A stretch of 64,000 bases of DNA from Podarcis liolepis. Its lineage: Eukaryota. Of the stretch, positions 35,755 through 49,590 are shown one piece after another. Where the stretch lies: the NCBI GenBank assembly GCA_965112155.1, contig OZ218105.1; one strand, written 5' to 3'. The first letter of the stretch is position 1. The number at the start of each line of letters is the position of its first letter. The translations under genes and the position numbers were made by a program. Under the pieces are notes generated by a model that saw only the letters and a list, made by a program, of their open reading frames with translations, was not told the origin of the DNA and made no database searches.

Positions 35755-37560
35755 CTATACAGTAGAAAGTTTGTGAAAAGGAAAGATAGGTTCAGCAAGT
35801 TGCTAGACACCAAGAACTACTTCACTGGCTTATACAAATGGAGTACCAGAGAATATGTCTGTAGGTAATGAATTAAAGCTAGTGATTTTTGATTACTGTT
35901 AGGCTGATCTACAGTTTTCTGAAAATACAGCTTTTAAAGCAATTATCAATTTGTTTGCCATACATGTGCTAACTGATCTTTCAATGCAAAAAGAGCAGAA
36001 TTTATACTGAAGCTGCAAGTTTAATACTATAAGAGTTTATTGTTTCAACTGGCAGGCCTTGTGCTGGCCAGTTGTCCACCTGCCTACTTTTAGAATACAA
36101 CTGTAGCATGGCATTCCAAATCTAGAAAGCATTTCTTATGCTGCCCTTGATAACAGGTGCAAAACCATAACTACTAATGGAAGTAAAGGTGATCAATTTC
36201 CTTAGGCATATCCAGATTTGCAGATGTTGGATATGGTACAGACCAGAAAAGCCTTTACTACTTCAGACAAGATTTATTCCCTCCTACCGAATGTTTCCCC
36301 ATACATATTCCTACTAGGGGAAATTTAGCATCTTAGAGAAGCATTCACTCCTAGCCTTCTTGCTAACATTTTGGAAGGTCTTTTCTCCAGCGGCAAAAGC
36401 ATTCGGCCATGCCAATTCTAACATATTGTGAAGTACAGCCCTTCACAATAGCAGCTGCGTATCTATCTCTATATAATGGTAGTTAAGACATATGCGGTAA
36501 AACTGAACACAATATTTTTGTAAAAAAATCCAGTGCTTGTTGAAATTCAGCTATTGGGTACTGGTGGAAGGCAGGCGTGTTGGATAATAGATGCAATGCC
36601 TCCCTTGTACATTTCCAATGCAGGCCTGTGAAAATACACCAGTTTTCAACAGCCCCACCCCTCTCTCTGAACCTCATTTTTGTCCAACCTACATACATTT
36701 ATTTCCAATTTGTTGTGCACAGTCCACGCAATTTCCATCAAGGGTGTGCTTTTTGGATATAATCTCTATTTGAATAAAGTTTTTTAAAATAAGCACTTTC
36801 AATATTTGGTACATGAACAATGCTGTTCTACCTACATATGAAACATGCATTGCTAATATACTTGTATAGTATAATGTGGTTCCACTATACAGGATCTTGT
36901 GAGAGGGCACCTACTGGATCTTGTGAGAGTGATGTAACAAGTGCTGAAAATCCTCCCTTTAGTCTGACCTCATTTTGTGAACTTTTTTTCTTTCAGACCT
37001 TTCCCCTAAATTATTTGGGAGCTGTGATCTTCAATTATAAAAGTCTTGCAATCTGTTTTTTTGTCTGTTTGTTTTAAGTGGTGAACAGAGACCGTCCCCT
37101 CCCCACCAACACACCACACCTACAACGGAGAAAATGCCCTCACTCAAGAATTCGGGGTGGGGACACCTAGCTGTTCATGGTCAGATAGCTACTTTGCTTG
37201 CAAGTTAATAGATCCAAGTGGTCTAACACTCAGTTTCATAAACATATCACAGAACCAAGACATAATTGTTTCCATTTTTTATAGTTCACCTTTCATCTAA
37301 AATAACCAAGGTAGGCTATCTTCAACCTCTGTATATGTTTGGTTTTCAAGAAGACTATCAATATTGATTAGATTTGGCTTCATGTTCAGTAGCATCAATT
37401 TCTGTTGAATTTATCTATGCATTATTAAAAATAAATATGGGAGCGACTGCTGGGGAAAAACCGCCACTGTTGATTTTAATCTGTTGATTTCTGTTGATTT
37501 AAGTTGCAGGTGGTGAACCACATCATTTAAGAACACATTGGGAGCCTTTCTGGCACTCAC

Positions 37561-37656
37561 CTTGTCAGTTATTGTGGCTATGTACCTCATGCATTCAATG
37601 TCTGAAGGAAACTGGTTAACTTCTTTTACCAAAAACTGCACTACTCTTACGTGACC
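37561..37656 (-). CDS. ANKHD1: ANKHD1 exon 23-eq: GHVRVVQFLVKEVNQFPSDIECMRYIATITDK
   Basis: 96 nt, phase 0-0. Confidence 0.95.
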
Positions 37657-37689
37657 CTGAAAAGAAAAAGAGCAGCACCAAGGTTTTAT

Positions 37690-40150
37690 TCATTTATCAT
37701 CTCCTATCAGAATGGTACACACCAATATGTATACACTAAAACATAAAACACCATTAAAAACAGTACAAAACAATCATTAAAACTTTAAACAACTGCATAG
37801 GCCTGTTAGCATAACAAGGTCTTCAACAGAAAATCAAAAGCAAGTGTTTCCAGCACAGAACCAGCAACATTAATACCAGACTTATGATTGAGGCCAGCTG
37901 GGCTTCTGAACATGGAGAACAACCAACAGCACTCCTCGTTTCCTGCTTGGCAGGGGGTTGGACTCGATGGCCCTTGTGGTCTCTTCCAACTCTATGATTC
38001 TATGATTCTATGATTCTAGATGATTTCAGTGATCAGGCTCAAGGATCAGGATTCCTCAAGGTATCCTGGACCCAAGCTGTTCAGGGCTTTGTTTAACCTT
38101 GAACTTGGTCAGGGAGCATACGGGCAGCCAGTGCGCATATATGATATGATATCTATCAGAGGTCACATGCTGCCAGTCATCTACCCCCCATCTAATTGGA
38201 GCTTCCAGACCAAGGGCTGGAAGCAATCAATCAAATGTCAAGATTAACAATGCATGTACTACAGTGGCCAAAATTATTCTGACCCAGATATAGTGGTAGC
38301 AGACATACCCAACAAAGCTGGTAAAAGGCATGCCAGCCACAGAGGTCACTTGGGTCTGGACTGATAAGGATTTACCCGGGAGTAATCCCCAAGCTACGTA
38401 CTTCCTCCTTTAGAGGAAGTGAAACCCTGTCTAAAAAAGGCAACTGTCCTATCCTCTGGACACTGAAACCTCAGTCTTTCCAGAATTCAAATGCTGTTTA
38501 TTTGCCCTCATCCAGACCACCACTGCATTAAAAGCAATGGTCCAGGGCTTTAACAGTCTCTCCCGATTCAGATGTTATAGAGGAAAAAAGCAGTGTAGTG
38601 CTAGCACCATACTCCAAAACTCCTAATGGCACCTTCCATATTTAGATGTTAAATAGTTGAGGACAAAACGGTACCCCCGTGGAGCCCCACAGCACAACTG
38701 GCAGAAGATTGAAGAGCAGTGCCCCAATGTTACTCTCAGGACTTTACCACACAGCTAGAAATGGAACCTTTGTAAAGGAGGAATTTGATGTTGCACTGTT
38801 ACAAATGTTCTGTCAGTGCAAGCATTTCACCTTCCTCAACAGAACAATCTCTCTTCTCCTCCTACATGGTTTCTGGGTGGGGGTTTTTTGGTGGGGGTTC
38901 TCCTGACTTCCACCTGAGTCATGGGGGGGGGGGGCAGAGAACAGGAGGCAGGACAGCCCCTTTGCCCTAGTGGAAGTCCTTGCATAGGCTTCCAGTAGCA
39001 GGACCATTAGCTGAATCCAGCCCAGTATCTCAAATAACCAGGCCACACAGCTGATCTAGGAGGATACCAGGATCAACAGTATGAAAAGCCTCTGGGAAAC
39101 TAAGAGTAACAGGATCACAATCTGCCTGTCCCTCTCAATAAAGGTCATCAACCAGGGCTGATTCAGCCCCTAATCAGGCCTAAAACCAGACTGAAGTGGA
39201 TTCAGATAATCAGTGACACCCAGGAACACTTGGAAGTTGCTCCACCACCTTCCCTGCAAAAGGGACATTGATGGCTGACCAGTAGTGGGTCCAGGATAGG
39301 TTTTTAAAGGAGTAATTGCACTACCTCCCCTCTTTAAGAGCAGCTGGGACCACCCCACCATGCAGTGATGCATTCATAACATCCTGGACCCATGTAGTCA
39401 CCCCAAATTCTAGCTAGCTTTGACCAGCCACAGTCTAGAGTGCATGTGGCCAAAGGCATTGCTGTAAGTATCCTGGCTACATCATTAGGCAACATCAACT
39501 GAAAATGATCCAGGTGTAGCACTGGACATTGTGACTGGACAGTGGCATCCAAGTCAAGATGAAGACTTTGTCTTTAAAGGGTACTGCAAACTACTTGCAG
39601 ATATGATTTCATGGATCTGCACTCGAATCCAGGGTAAGAAGTCTCTGGACCTGCTAGCTGACTCCTTGAGGGAGCAATGGATGCAGTACAATAGGATTAT
39701 GTCTCCTAATGAGTGTTTAGCCAGTTTGAAAGCAAGATTTCATCACTTTCCATCTCATCAACTGCAGCTCTTGGGAATATGAGCAAGCAATAGGATCTCC
39801 ACAGCACTGAAGAGCAGGTTTGGGAATGATCATGTCAGCAGCCCTTCTTGTCTCACTGCTCCACAGCAAAACAAGAACCTCAACAAAATCACCTACTTTT
39901 TCCACTGGGAAATCCTCCAGAGCCATTAGAGTCCATCAGCCTCAGAGCGGACAATCTGAACTGGTCCTCCACTCTTGCAGGCATGAATAACAGTTACAAT
40001 AACAAACTTCATCAGGAAGTGGTCTGACCATGACCATTCCCCACCTGAACACCAAAACATGTTGAGGGTATGTCTTGCTCTGAGTGTCAGGATCATGACC
40101 ATTTGAGGCAGTTCCACAATTACTATGGAGGAAGTGAGTAAGTACAACTA
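37690..40150 (-). mobile_element. Long, old L2 LINE remnant
   Basis: Degenerate DYLNPLQSGFRPD and other RT/EN fragments on the minus strand; boundaries approximate. Confidence 0.65.
37938..38018 (+). mobile_element. CR1 extreme 3' end with (ATTCTATG)n tail, nested in L2
   Basis: Matches the termini of the other CR1 copies. Confidence 0.88.
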
Positions 40151-40502
40151 GGTAGCAATTATATCCTGGGAATCAGCAGACATAAACATTGTTTTAGGCA
40201 GGCGAAAATGCTTCTTCAAATGTAAAGTACAAACTTTACAGTTCACATCAATTCCTAATGCAAGCTTTCTCAACCTGGTGCCCTCCAAATGTTTTGAACC
40301 ACTGCCCTCCATCAGTCATAATGGCTGGGGGCAGCTGTCAGAAACACACAGCGGGCACTAGGTCGGGGAAGGTCGTCAAAAGGCAAACAGCAACAGGAAA
40401 ACAGAAAAAGAGGAAACTTCATTCATTCTAAGATAAAAGATAGGAAAAACCATCAAGTTGACTTTTTCAGATTTAAATTTTGTGAAACATCAATGAACTT
40501 AC

Positions 40503-40665
40503 TTTACGAAATGCAGACATAAGGGGAGTAATTTTTCTGTTATCTGCACCATCCACATCAGCTCCTGCCTGCACAAGCAGTTGAACTACATCAAGGTGGC
40601 CACCATTAGCTGCAAGCCAGAGCGGTGTGTTCCCTTTCTTGTTGCGAACGTCAATATGTGCCCCC
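40503..40665 (-). CDS. ANKHD1: ANKHD1 exon 22-eq (ankyrin repeats): GAHIDVRNKKGNTPLWLAANGGH...TPLMSAFRK
   Basis: 163 nt, phase 2-0. Confidence 0.96.
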
Positions 40666-42268
40666 CTGAAAGGAATTAGAATTAAATTCAAGCTGGCAAA
40701 AAAATCCAGGCAGAAATTGAAACTACATTTCAGTTCACAAACACTGGTTATATGGAAGCTGTTAAGAACTTCAGAACGTCATCCATGATCTTGAGGTATG
40801 TGCTATAAAGACTAAACTGAAATTTAGAATTCCAAAAAGGGGGCCTGCAACAAAATTTTAAGGTCTGAGTTTCAAATCATCCCATCCTTTTCCTAACATG
40901 TTAGCACTATGTCAATCGGAACATGCAAAGTGGCTTTTTTCTCTGTAAGTTTTTCTTTTTTATTTCTGCAAACCTTGCCAAGCATGCTGATACTTCCCTC
41001 TTATGCATGGGACTGAATTGACTTTACTATCTTACAAGTGGGGTCTCACAACTAAGTGCTGCGGTGTTATCGTGGGTGCATGGGTGCATATATTATGTGA
41101 ACTTGTGGCTGAGGAAGTGGAAAACACAAAAGTGAGCATCAAAGACAGGAGTTTCTGGTCTGACTTCATGTGTAAAATAAATATTTTTAGTTACAAATTT
41201 TTTAGTTACAGTCTGCATGAAAATCAATAGAGCAATGGTCTTTGTAAATGCAACTCAGTGCTTGACTTGGCCCAAAGGAAAGTCTAAAGGGGCAGTTTTA
41301 GAATAGTGACCACCCCTGACTGGCAATATTAACAGTGAATTATACTGCAGGGTTGTTGCATGCTACTTTCTGAACCCAGCTTGCAACGTGGAGATAAATG
41401 CAATGGATAACAGTGCAGGGTTTGTACTCTGGTTCAGTCCAACCAGTAAAGCATGTTAAATACACTGCAGGGCTGCTATATTCTCCCTATCACAAGCCCT
41501 TTCAATCTGTAATATGGAGAATGAACTTCATTTGAGATGGTTCTCTGCACCTCTTAACATCTGTCTCTCTCCTACAATCCTTCCCAGCTGCTCCACTCTG
41601 TTCCCCCTCCCACCCAGTTGGCAATTCCCCCTTCACTCAAATAGCCCAGTTTGTAGGTTACAGTAGACGCAAGAATGGGAACCTGCACACATCCAAATGT
41701 CGTTGGACTAAACTCCCATCAACCACAGTCAGAATGGCCAGAGATGATGGGAGTTGCAGAATTTAACATCTGCAGGGTCACAGCTTCCTCACCCCTTTAG
41801 TAAGCCATAGTCAATGGTTTACTCCAAACATGATGATTGCAACATTTTCACACAGCCCCTCTAGCTAGCAGGAGCAACAAACCAAGTTTAGCATTATGTC
41901 CAACACCAGGTAGTTTGTTTCATTCAAACAAATCATGACTGGTAAGCCTGGCTTATCTTTGTGGTTTGTTAGGAGCAGAACTTTAGTATATTACAGTGCT
42001 AAGTTCCACTAGTTAGAGGGAAGGAGTGAAGCAGGAGCCTTCTGCAGTCACATGCTAAACCATTAACTATGGTTTACTATGATGTGTGAATGCTGCCAGT
42101 CTCAACGTTCTATGCCATTGAATTTCTAAGGAACTAGTTTTTGCTCCTCCCTGTGGCTTTTTTATATAGTGCTGCAAAACCACCAGGTTCTTCTGAGTCT
42201 GCTGGTACCTACTTTTGTATGTGGGTACTCTAGTCGTTATAGTTATTCATGTAAAAACAATGACATAC

Positions 42269-42444
42269 CGATTAATCAGGAGCTCACAAAACTTGTAGTG
42301 GCCTTTATCTGCTGCAATTGTTAAAGCAGTATCTCTTGAGGAAGGCACAGGAGGAGCATTGACATCTGCTCCTTTATCAAGAAGAACTCTTCCAACTTCA
42401 GCATAACCTCCAGAAGCAGCTTCCATCAGAGGGGTGAGCCCAGT
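42269..42444 (-). CDS. ANKHD1: ANKHD1 exon 21-eq (ankyrin): TGLTPLMEAASGGY...KFCELLINR
   Basis: 176 nt, phase 0-2. Confidence 0.96.
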
Positions 42445-44082
42445 CTGTTTAAAAGAATATTTGAAATAGAGTCTATATAAAGCAGTTCTAAACATAATCT
42501 AGAAACAGTTGCCAACCTCTTTCACTATGTAAGGACCCCAATGAATGCAAGACCTATCAACATGACTCAGGGTAGCTAGAGTCACACACAATAGATTCAC
42601 AAGTCAAAAAAAAAGCTGTAAGGTCTTGGGACTATTATGTTCAAGAAGCATCTGTACAGCATAAATGTTCACTTTAATGGATGTTACATCAAAATACAAT
42701 GCTTTGCTTTAGTATAGAACTTTGCTGCCTTGAACACTGCACACTTGAACAATTTGAACAAAAGTACCTCATCACTTATTTACTAGCATGATATTCAGAA
42801 TGTTAATATTAATCTGCTCACCACACAATATTCAAGACTTTGCAGTTTGCATTTTCTTTGGCTAGTGTTTGGGCTTTTGTTTCCTGCTTCTCTCCAATAC
42901 ACCTGTACGACTCCTCCTGCAGAGGCTCCCACAGGGCTATAGTTCAGGAACTAAACTGAGTCAAAGCTAATGTATTTCTTTAATCTTCAATTTACCTCAA
43001 GGTTTCTGCACTTTTAGTCAATAAGGGAAGAGAAGTGGGTCTTCGCCACTACTGGCATGCACCTTCTGTCAGGTTGTCCAAATGGGAATGTGGCCCTCGA
43101 ATAGCAGAAGGTTCCCCATCCCTTTCCTCTTTTCTCTCCCCTTATTGACAGGAAGTGAGGAAAGATCAACTGACAGGAAGTGAGGAACGATCAATGAGGA
43201 ACTTTTTTCAATTCGAGAGCTGCATTCCTTTGTGTGAAGCCACAACCACCCAATATATCCTACACACACTGCAGCAAACTGCCCATGGAAAAATAACAAT
43301 CTTTTACTCTTTGGACAGCTCGTTATCTCTTCCACCGTCACTCTCTTGTTGCTTGGCCGGAGAAACTGGGACATGGAGTAGGCAGACTCTGGAAGAAGAG
43401 GCTGGTGGGGCAGATGAGGAGGCCCCAGGAGGCTTCTGGTCTATAGGCCAGAGGTTCCTCACTCCTACTGTAAACCGGTAGTCTTAATCCTTTTCAGATC
43501 TAGAATTCATCTTTAACACCCACCTCCAATATAGGAGCCACTCAATCTTTTCACTGTTCATCTTTTGCCTTTTCTCTCTAGGACCACCAGCAAAAAAAGA
43601 GGCCATTGCAACAGTGAGTGCCTCTCTACTTTACAGTTACAATCTATTATGCAACAGCAAGAAAAAAACAGCTGCAAAAATCCCTATTCCACACAAAAGT
43701 ACGTAAGTTTCATATCTGCTTCAATTTTCTCTTCACTCTAATTTAATATCAAAACAAGTGGTGTGGTGCACTTTAGGCTGCAATCCACCTTAGCTTGGAT
43801 AGTTGCAACCCACTATGTGAAAACCAGTATGATAACCTGTAAGGTATCTTACCATCAGGTGTAGCTTTTGAGGCAATGTCAGCCATGATGTGGTATCATG
43901 AATAATGGTACATTTACTAAAGCAAAAGCAATAAAGCCTTCCAATACTCAGTGATGGACAGGATAAGTTGGCTTGATTTCAAATTACTGAAATAGTTAAA
44001 ACTGGAAGCTTTAAACTAAGTCTATTGCCAAAACCATTTTTACCACAAGTCTATTTGAGAAGAAAGCTATCTGCAGGCTCAC

Positions 44083-44296
44083 CTTTGCCCTATGTTCAAC
44101 ATTGGCTTTTCTGTCCAAAAGCAGGCTGACCACCTCTGCTCTGCCTTGGAAACAGGCCAAAGTGAGCGCTGTATTCCGATTGGTCTCAATCTGAGCATTT
44201 ATATCAGAGCCCATATCAAGCAACAGCTTCACTGCAGGAACATGGCCATTCATAGCCGCCAACATCAGAGGAGAAATGCCTAGCTTACTCCCAGTC
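44083..44296 (-). CDS. ANKHD1: ANKHD1 exon 20-eq (ankyrin): TGSKLGISPLMLAAMNGH...NVEHRAK
   Basis: 214 nt, phase 2-0. Confidence 0.96.
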
Positions 44297-44724
44297 CTAG
44301 AGGGAAGAGATAATTAATACAACCACCAGAACAAAAGAAATTGGACAAATGTACAGAAACAAGTCTCTCTCCCCCCCCCCCCGAAGAATAGACACAGGTT
44401 TACAGAAAAATGGAAGACAAACCTAACTGACAAAAGCAGACTGGTCTCAGTTGATACCACCATTTTACATGCTAAAAACACTAGCAGGAACTTGAGGGTA
44501 AAAAATCTACTAACAAAGTATGTGAGCTTTTAATATATAAAAAAATAGACATCAAAAAAATTGCACATTTGTTACCAGGAGCCCGTATTATGATAGTTTA
44601 ATACAACTGAATAGGATCAAAATAGATCAGTTGACTTAGACATCCCCTTTATTCCTCCTCCCAAGACAGAACCAGAAGTGGCAAATGGAGCATGCCACAG
44701 AGCCCAATAAACACAGCCTGTTAC

Positions 44725-44867
44725 CTTGAATTAATTTCCGCTCCAGCATTAAGCAGGATCTTAATAATATTAACATATCCCCCAGATGCGGCAAGACTAA
44801 GAGGTGTATAATCAGACACATTCCTGTGTTCTTTATTTGCTCCTCGTGCCAGCAGTAAGTCAACAAC
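44725..44867 (-). CDS. ANKHD1: ANKHD1 exon 19-eq (ankyrin): VVDLLLARGANKEHRNVSDYTPLSLAASGGY...AEINSR
   Basis: 143 nt, phase 0-2. Confidence 0.96.
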
Positions 44868-45154
44868 CTGAAAGGTACAATATTAGCAGGATCAGGGGAT
44901 AACAATACTCTGGCACTGGGTGGAATTCACAAGCAGCCAAACTGTTAAATCTATAAATAGCTAGAATACAAAATGGCAAGTCAGGGAACCAAGGTTCTCT
45001 TTTAATCCTTTCTTTTCCTCAATGGCTATACAAAGAACCAGTTGCCAATTGTCATTAGAATATAGAAATATTATGGCAGCAGAGCACTCCTCCAAATTAG
45101 TTTCACTAGTTTGTACGTTTTTAATGGTACTGAGAATCCTACAATAGTCTATAT

Positions 45155-45285
45155 CAAGGTTTCCCAAAGTTGGGTCTCCAGATGTTTTGGGACTACAATT
45201 CCCACCATCCCTGACCACTGGTTTGCTAGCTAGGGATGATGGGAGTTGTAGTCAACAGCTGGAGACCAAAGTTTGGGAAATCCTG
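45155..45285. mobile_element. Palindromic hAT-derived MITE (GGACTACA.TTCCCA family); older copies at about 21335-21450, 40262-40372, 41680-41795, 49960-50040 and 50518-50638
   Basis: Fold-back structure; TIRs CAAGGTTTCCCAAA / TTTGGGAAATCCTG; TSD (G/C)TCTATAT. Confidence 0.8.
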
Positions 45286-45931
45286 CTCTATATACAAAAA
45301 ATCCACAGAACAGAACACTGGTCGCTTACCATGAAGGCTCTTTCTGGTTTGATGTGGAGGCACCCAGAATGGGCTGTCTTGTTGTACTGCCCAGGACACA
45401 GAGTACTCATGTGACCTGAAATTGTGTGGCTCCAGACTCTTCTCCCCTTTCCTGCCTTGACCAGGAACAGAGCTCTCTATTCTAGCTTCCCTCTCTTTCA
45501 TTCCTGCAACAGGCTTCTAGGACTTCAAGAATTTCAAAATCGTGGCAAGTGTGTGATCAATGGAAATGTAACATTTGTCAAAGCCTCTAGATTGCATTGT
45601 GAGGCTTGAAAGCAGCAAAGTACTGATTCTTTTCCCCCTGCAGATCCCAACATGCCCTTTTTTGTCTGATTGCATGGAGGAAATTTTCCTTCTTACAGAG
45701 TGCCATAGTTTTCTTTTTCCTTTTCAAATGGATCTTGGAGAAGGCAACAAAAAGGTACTAGTGACAAGAACTGAAAAAGGTAAAACTGGTGAAGGTGTAG
45801 AAGCTACTGAAGTCACAAAAGGTGTTGCAGAAGTGAGAGAAAGGACATGGAAGATTCAACTTTGTTCCTGGGCAAAGCAGGCTGAATAGTAAAATCTCTC
45901 TTGGACTCAGATCTTTTATACAGTTACAGGT

Positions 45932-46278
45932 GGGATGTGGGTGGTGCTGTGGTCTAAACCACCGAGCCTCTTGGGCTTGCCAATCGTAAGGTCGACAGTT
46001 CAAATCCGTGCGACAGGGTGAGCTTACTCTCCTGCCAACCTAGCAGTTCGAAAGCATACCAGCATGAGTAGATAAAGAGGTACCACGGCAGCAGGTAAAC
46101 GGCATTTCCATGCACTCTGGAACTTGTCAAGGTGTTCCGTGCGCCAGAGGTGGTTTAGTCATGCTGGGCACATGACCCAGAAAAGATGCCTGTAGACAAA
46201 CACCAGCTCCCTCGGCTTGAAAGTGAAGATGAGCACCACACTCCATAGACGAATTCGACCCAGGAGTCCTTTACCTTT
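45932..46278 (+). mobile_element. Full-length Sauria SINE with 13-bp TSD
   Basis: TACAGTTACAGGT at 45919-45931 and 46279-46291; tRNA-like head, Sauria core and ACCTTT tail. Confidence 0.92.
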
Positions 46279-46633
46279 TACAGTTACAGGTTGCATGATA
46301 CCTGCCCATCCTGAGCAGTATGGGGAGTATGGACAACCCAACTTGGATGCCTTTTTCACACCAGAGAAGATTTTGAAGAATCTTGTTTGCCAGACTGACA
46401 AAATCAAATCTATCAAGAGCCATTTTAAAGAATGTTTGTAGGAAACAAATTTCTACTACTGGCAATCCACAAATTAAAAAATTAAACATGTTCAATACAA
46501 TATGTATACTTATAAACTAAAATATACCCCCAAAAAATATGTTTCAGGGAGCAAGGGGACATATCAGGCTGCTACATTCATGATCTCTTCTCCTAATTTA
46601 AGACTAGAGAATGTGATAGATTATAACATTTAC

Positions 46634-46779
46634 CTCTTGGCGTCCACCAGAGCATGCTAATGAAAGTGGAGTGTCCTTAGTACGTTCAGATTGTGCTTCT
46701 ATATCTCCACCCTTGTCTAGAAGGATCTCTACAACACCAACATGTCCAGCAGTTGCAGCTAAAATTAGCGGTGTAAATC
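46634..46779 (-). CDS. ANKHD1: ANKHD1 exon 18-eq (ankyrin): GFTPLILAATAGHVGVVEILLDKGG...SGGRQE
   Basis: 146 nt, phase 1-0. Confidence 0.96.
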
Positions 46780-47159
46780 CTAATAGAGATTATTATATTA
46801 GAAGCCATTTTCAAACGAGAGGCAAAGAGGTAGAAAGAAAAGTTGTGTATTAAAACCAATAATTCACAATAAATATTGGCAATGGAAATCACTGGACATT
46901 CAGTGTTTGAGTTTGTGATAAAGCGCTTGTGGTGGGGGACAAAAAGCTAACAAGAAGCCTCTGCTAAAAAAAAACATATCCTCCATTCTCAGTTAATGCT
47001 CAGAGTTCCATATAACAAACATTAAATTCCCCCCAAAACTGTTTCAAAGCAGTTTTTCTTCTATGAGCTGGAAAGTTATGAAAAGTAATGGAATGTCCAA
47101 TATCCATGCATCAAGCCCTGAAAAAAATACCAACAAACAGCAGCACTTCAGTAGCTTAC

Positions 47160-47271
47160 CCTTCTTGTCTCTGTGTTCTATACTGGCACCACGTGCTATC
47201 AATACAGAGACGAGCTCTTCGTGACCACCAGCACATGCGAGAGTCAGCGCAGTATCGTGGTTACTCTCCGT
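47160..47271 (-). CDS. ANKHD1: ANKHD1 exon 17-eq (ankyrin): TESNHDTALTLACAGGHEELVSVLIARGASIEHRDKK
   Basis: 112 nt, phase 0-1; AAG-type acceptor. Confidence 0.95.
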
Positions 47272-47389
47272 CTTAACAGTAGAAAGGATATGTTAGGTTT
47301 GCTACATACACACCTTATTACTACTCTGTTATATAACAGAAACAACTATTATGACAAAAACAGCTTTGTAACTTATCTACATTACTCAC

Positions 47390-47529
47390 GTGGGCATCGA
47401 TGTCAACTGAAGGATACGTGGGGAGCACAGATTGAGAAGTGACACTCAGCGTTTGTGAACAAGGTTCAGGTGTAGGCGATTCTGTAGCATGTGAAGAATT
47501 GGAGCCAGTAGGCACTCTGCTATTAACAG
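47390..47529 (-). CDS. ANKHD1: ANKHD1 exon 16-eq: AVNSRVPTGSNSS...YPSVDIDAH
   Basis: 140 nt, phase 1-0. Confidence 0.95.
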
Positions 47530-48429
47530 CTGGAAAAAAGGATAACATTTAACATCACTTGCATAAAGAGCTCCTTTCCCAGAGAAATTATGTCTTATTA
47601 ATTACTAAACTTGTTATTGAATAATGAACAGGGAAATGCAAAACTGTACCCCAACCCCAGAAACACTTAGGATAGATTTTCACTTTAAATTTTGTACTCT
47701 GGTGTGTGGGTGTGAGTGGGTGGGTGTGTATGTATACACACTCACACCCCGAAAGAGTGTGAAGGGCACACATGTAAGATCTGAAGCATACCCCTTTAAA
47801 ATATTTGGAAGCAGGCATAGGAAAAGATCTCTCCTCATCCCCCAAAATCAAGACAGGCATCATATTTTACATGTGTAGCCCCCTTCAAACTTGATGGACT
47901 ACGCTGGTATTACAGACTTCAGCTATGGTTCTATCTGACTTTCCAGCTACACTCCTGAAGCCGCACAATAATAAAATACAACATGTAAAGAAGTGACTCA
48001 CAGATACCCATTTTCAGTGAATTTTGATTCTAAGTAAAGCAAGCTCAGCGAAAATGAATTGCAAACCTGCATTGGGTAACTCAAGGTCCTACTATTATAG
48101 AAAAAAATCTCTACACATTTTCTCTGAAACATGCACACTTTGACACTATTACACCCCTCCCTATATTTGCCTTTATTCTAAATTAAGCCTCAAGTATTGT
48201 AGTCTTTACTTGCAGGAGCTGCTCCAGCTCCTTGATCATGACCAGAACTGCGCATAGTATTCAAAGTGTGATTGTACCATAGATTTATATAAAGACATTA
48301 CACTATCATATGTTTTAGTTTAAAGGATTCCAGCTGCCACATATTAGATTAACATTTTCATTGAGCTATCCACCAAAATCAGCTACTGAATGCTCAGACT
48401 CCATTAGGAGTTATGGTTTTTCACTCCAA

Positions 48430-48690
48430 CTTGCACAATTTTGCAGAATTTGTCACTGTAATACCTATTCACCCACTTTGGAGAGCTCCTTTTGGAGCTC
48501 TTCACAATCCCTTTTCATTTTTGCTGCACTGAAAAATTTGGTGTCATTAGAAAATTTGGTCACCTCAACTCCAAGTCATTTATGAACAATTAAAAAAGCA
48601 CCAATCCTAATATAAATCATTTGGCAATGGCCATTCCTCACTTTCTCTTTGTGAGAACTGTCCAGTTATTCCTAATTCTCTCCTTCCTGC
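48430..48690 (-). mobile_element. Old CR1 RT fragment
   Basis: Minus strand KFSNDTKF resembles the CR1 KFADDTKL motif, in a degraded context. Confidence 0.55.
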
Positions 48691-49590
48691 CCTGTTATTT
48701 GTATATATTTTATTTGTATATATTGCTTGTTTTATGTTGCTATGGCCATTGGCTAATGCGAATAAAGTTTACATATAAGCAGGTGACACTTTCACAATTC
48801 ACATTTTGTGTCTTGAAGCTAACTAGGCCAGATTATTTTGTTTTACAGGAAGTAAGATGTATGAAACAATACTTAACCATCAAATAGTACTAAAATTGTT
48901 ATGTCAACTGCTTATAAAAAACTACTGCTATGAAAACATTACCTTTAAGATTAAAATTCCCATCTGCTGAATGGTCATTACACACTGGGTTAGATCCACA
49001 CTATTCACACAGAAAACCATGCTGGAGGAAAGTGGGGAAGAAATTTTCACTGATTCCCTATTCTCTTGTTCTGGAGTGGTGTTTGAAATTCCCTGGGTGA
49101 CAGGTGCATTTTGCTGCTGAAACAAGTCCAACTGCAACTACATGGAGATTTCTGGGTGCCGTGTTGGCAACTGACATTTCCATCGAGCCAGCTGACTCAT
49201 GTGTGGCAAAAGACGCATGTCGTGCTTCTGTGCTGCCATGCAAATCATGGACCCCTTGCTGGGCATCTTAGTCCTTTATCATCACATCAAAAAAATTAAG
49301 TGTGTAGCTGAGTACAGATATATTTGACTGTACTGCAGCCTTTCCACAGGCCACCCAAATGGAACTCACAGACCACAGTTTTAAAACCTCTACCTTAGTC
49401 CACAGTTAATACTATTTCCAGTTTCTTGCATACTGGCAGTGTTAGAAAATCAATATAAGCTAGGAGTCAAATGGCTCCTTTAACAAGGGTTACAATCGCC
49501 AAAATGGAAAGCCTAGTTGCCATTTTTGGACCAGATGGCTTGAAAGTCCTATTTTTCAAAACAATTTTTTGGCTCCTGAAATACATTCTG

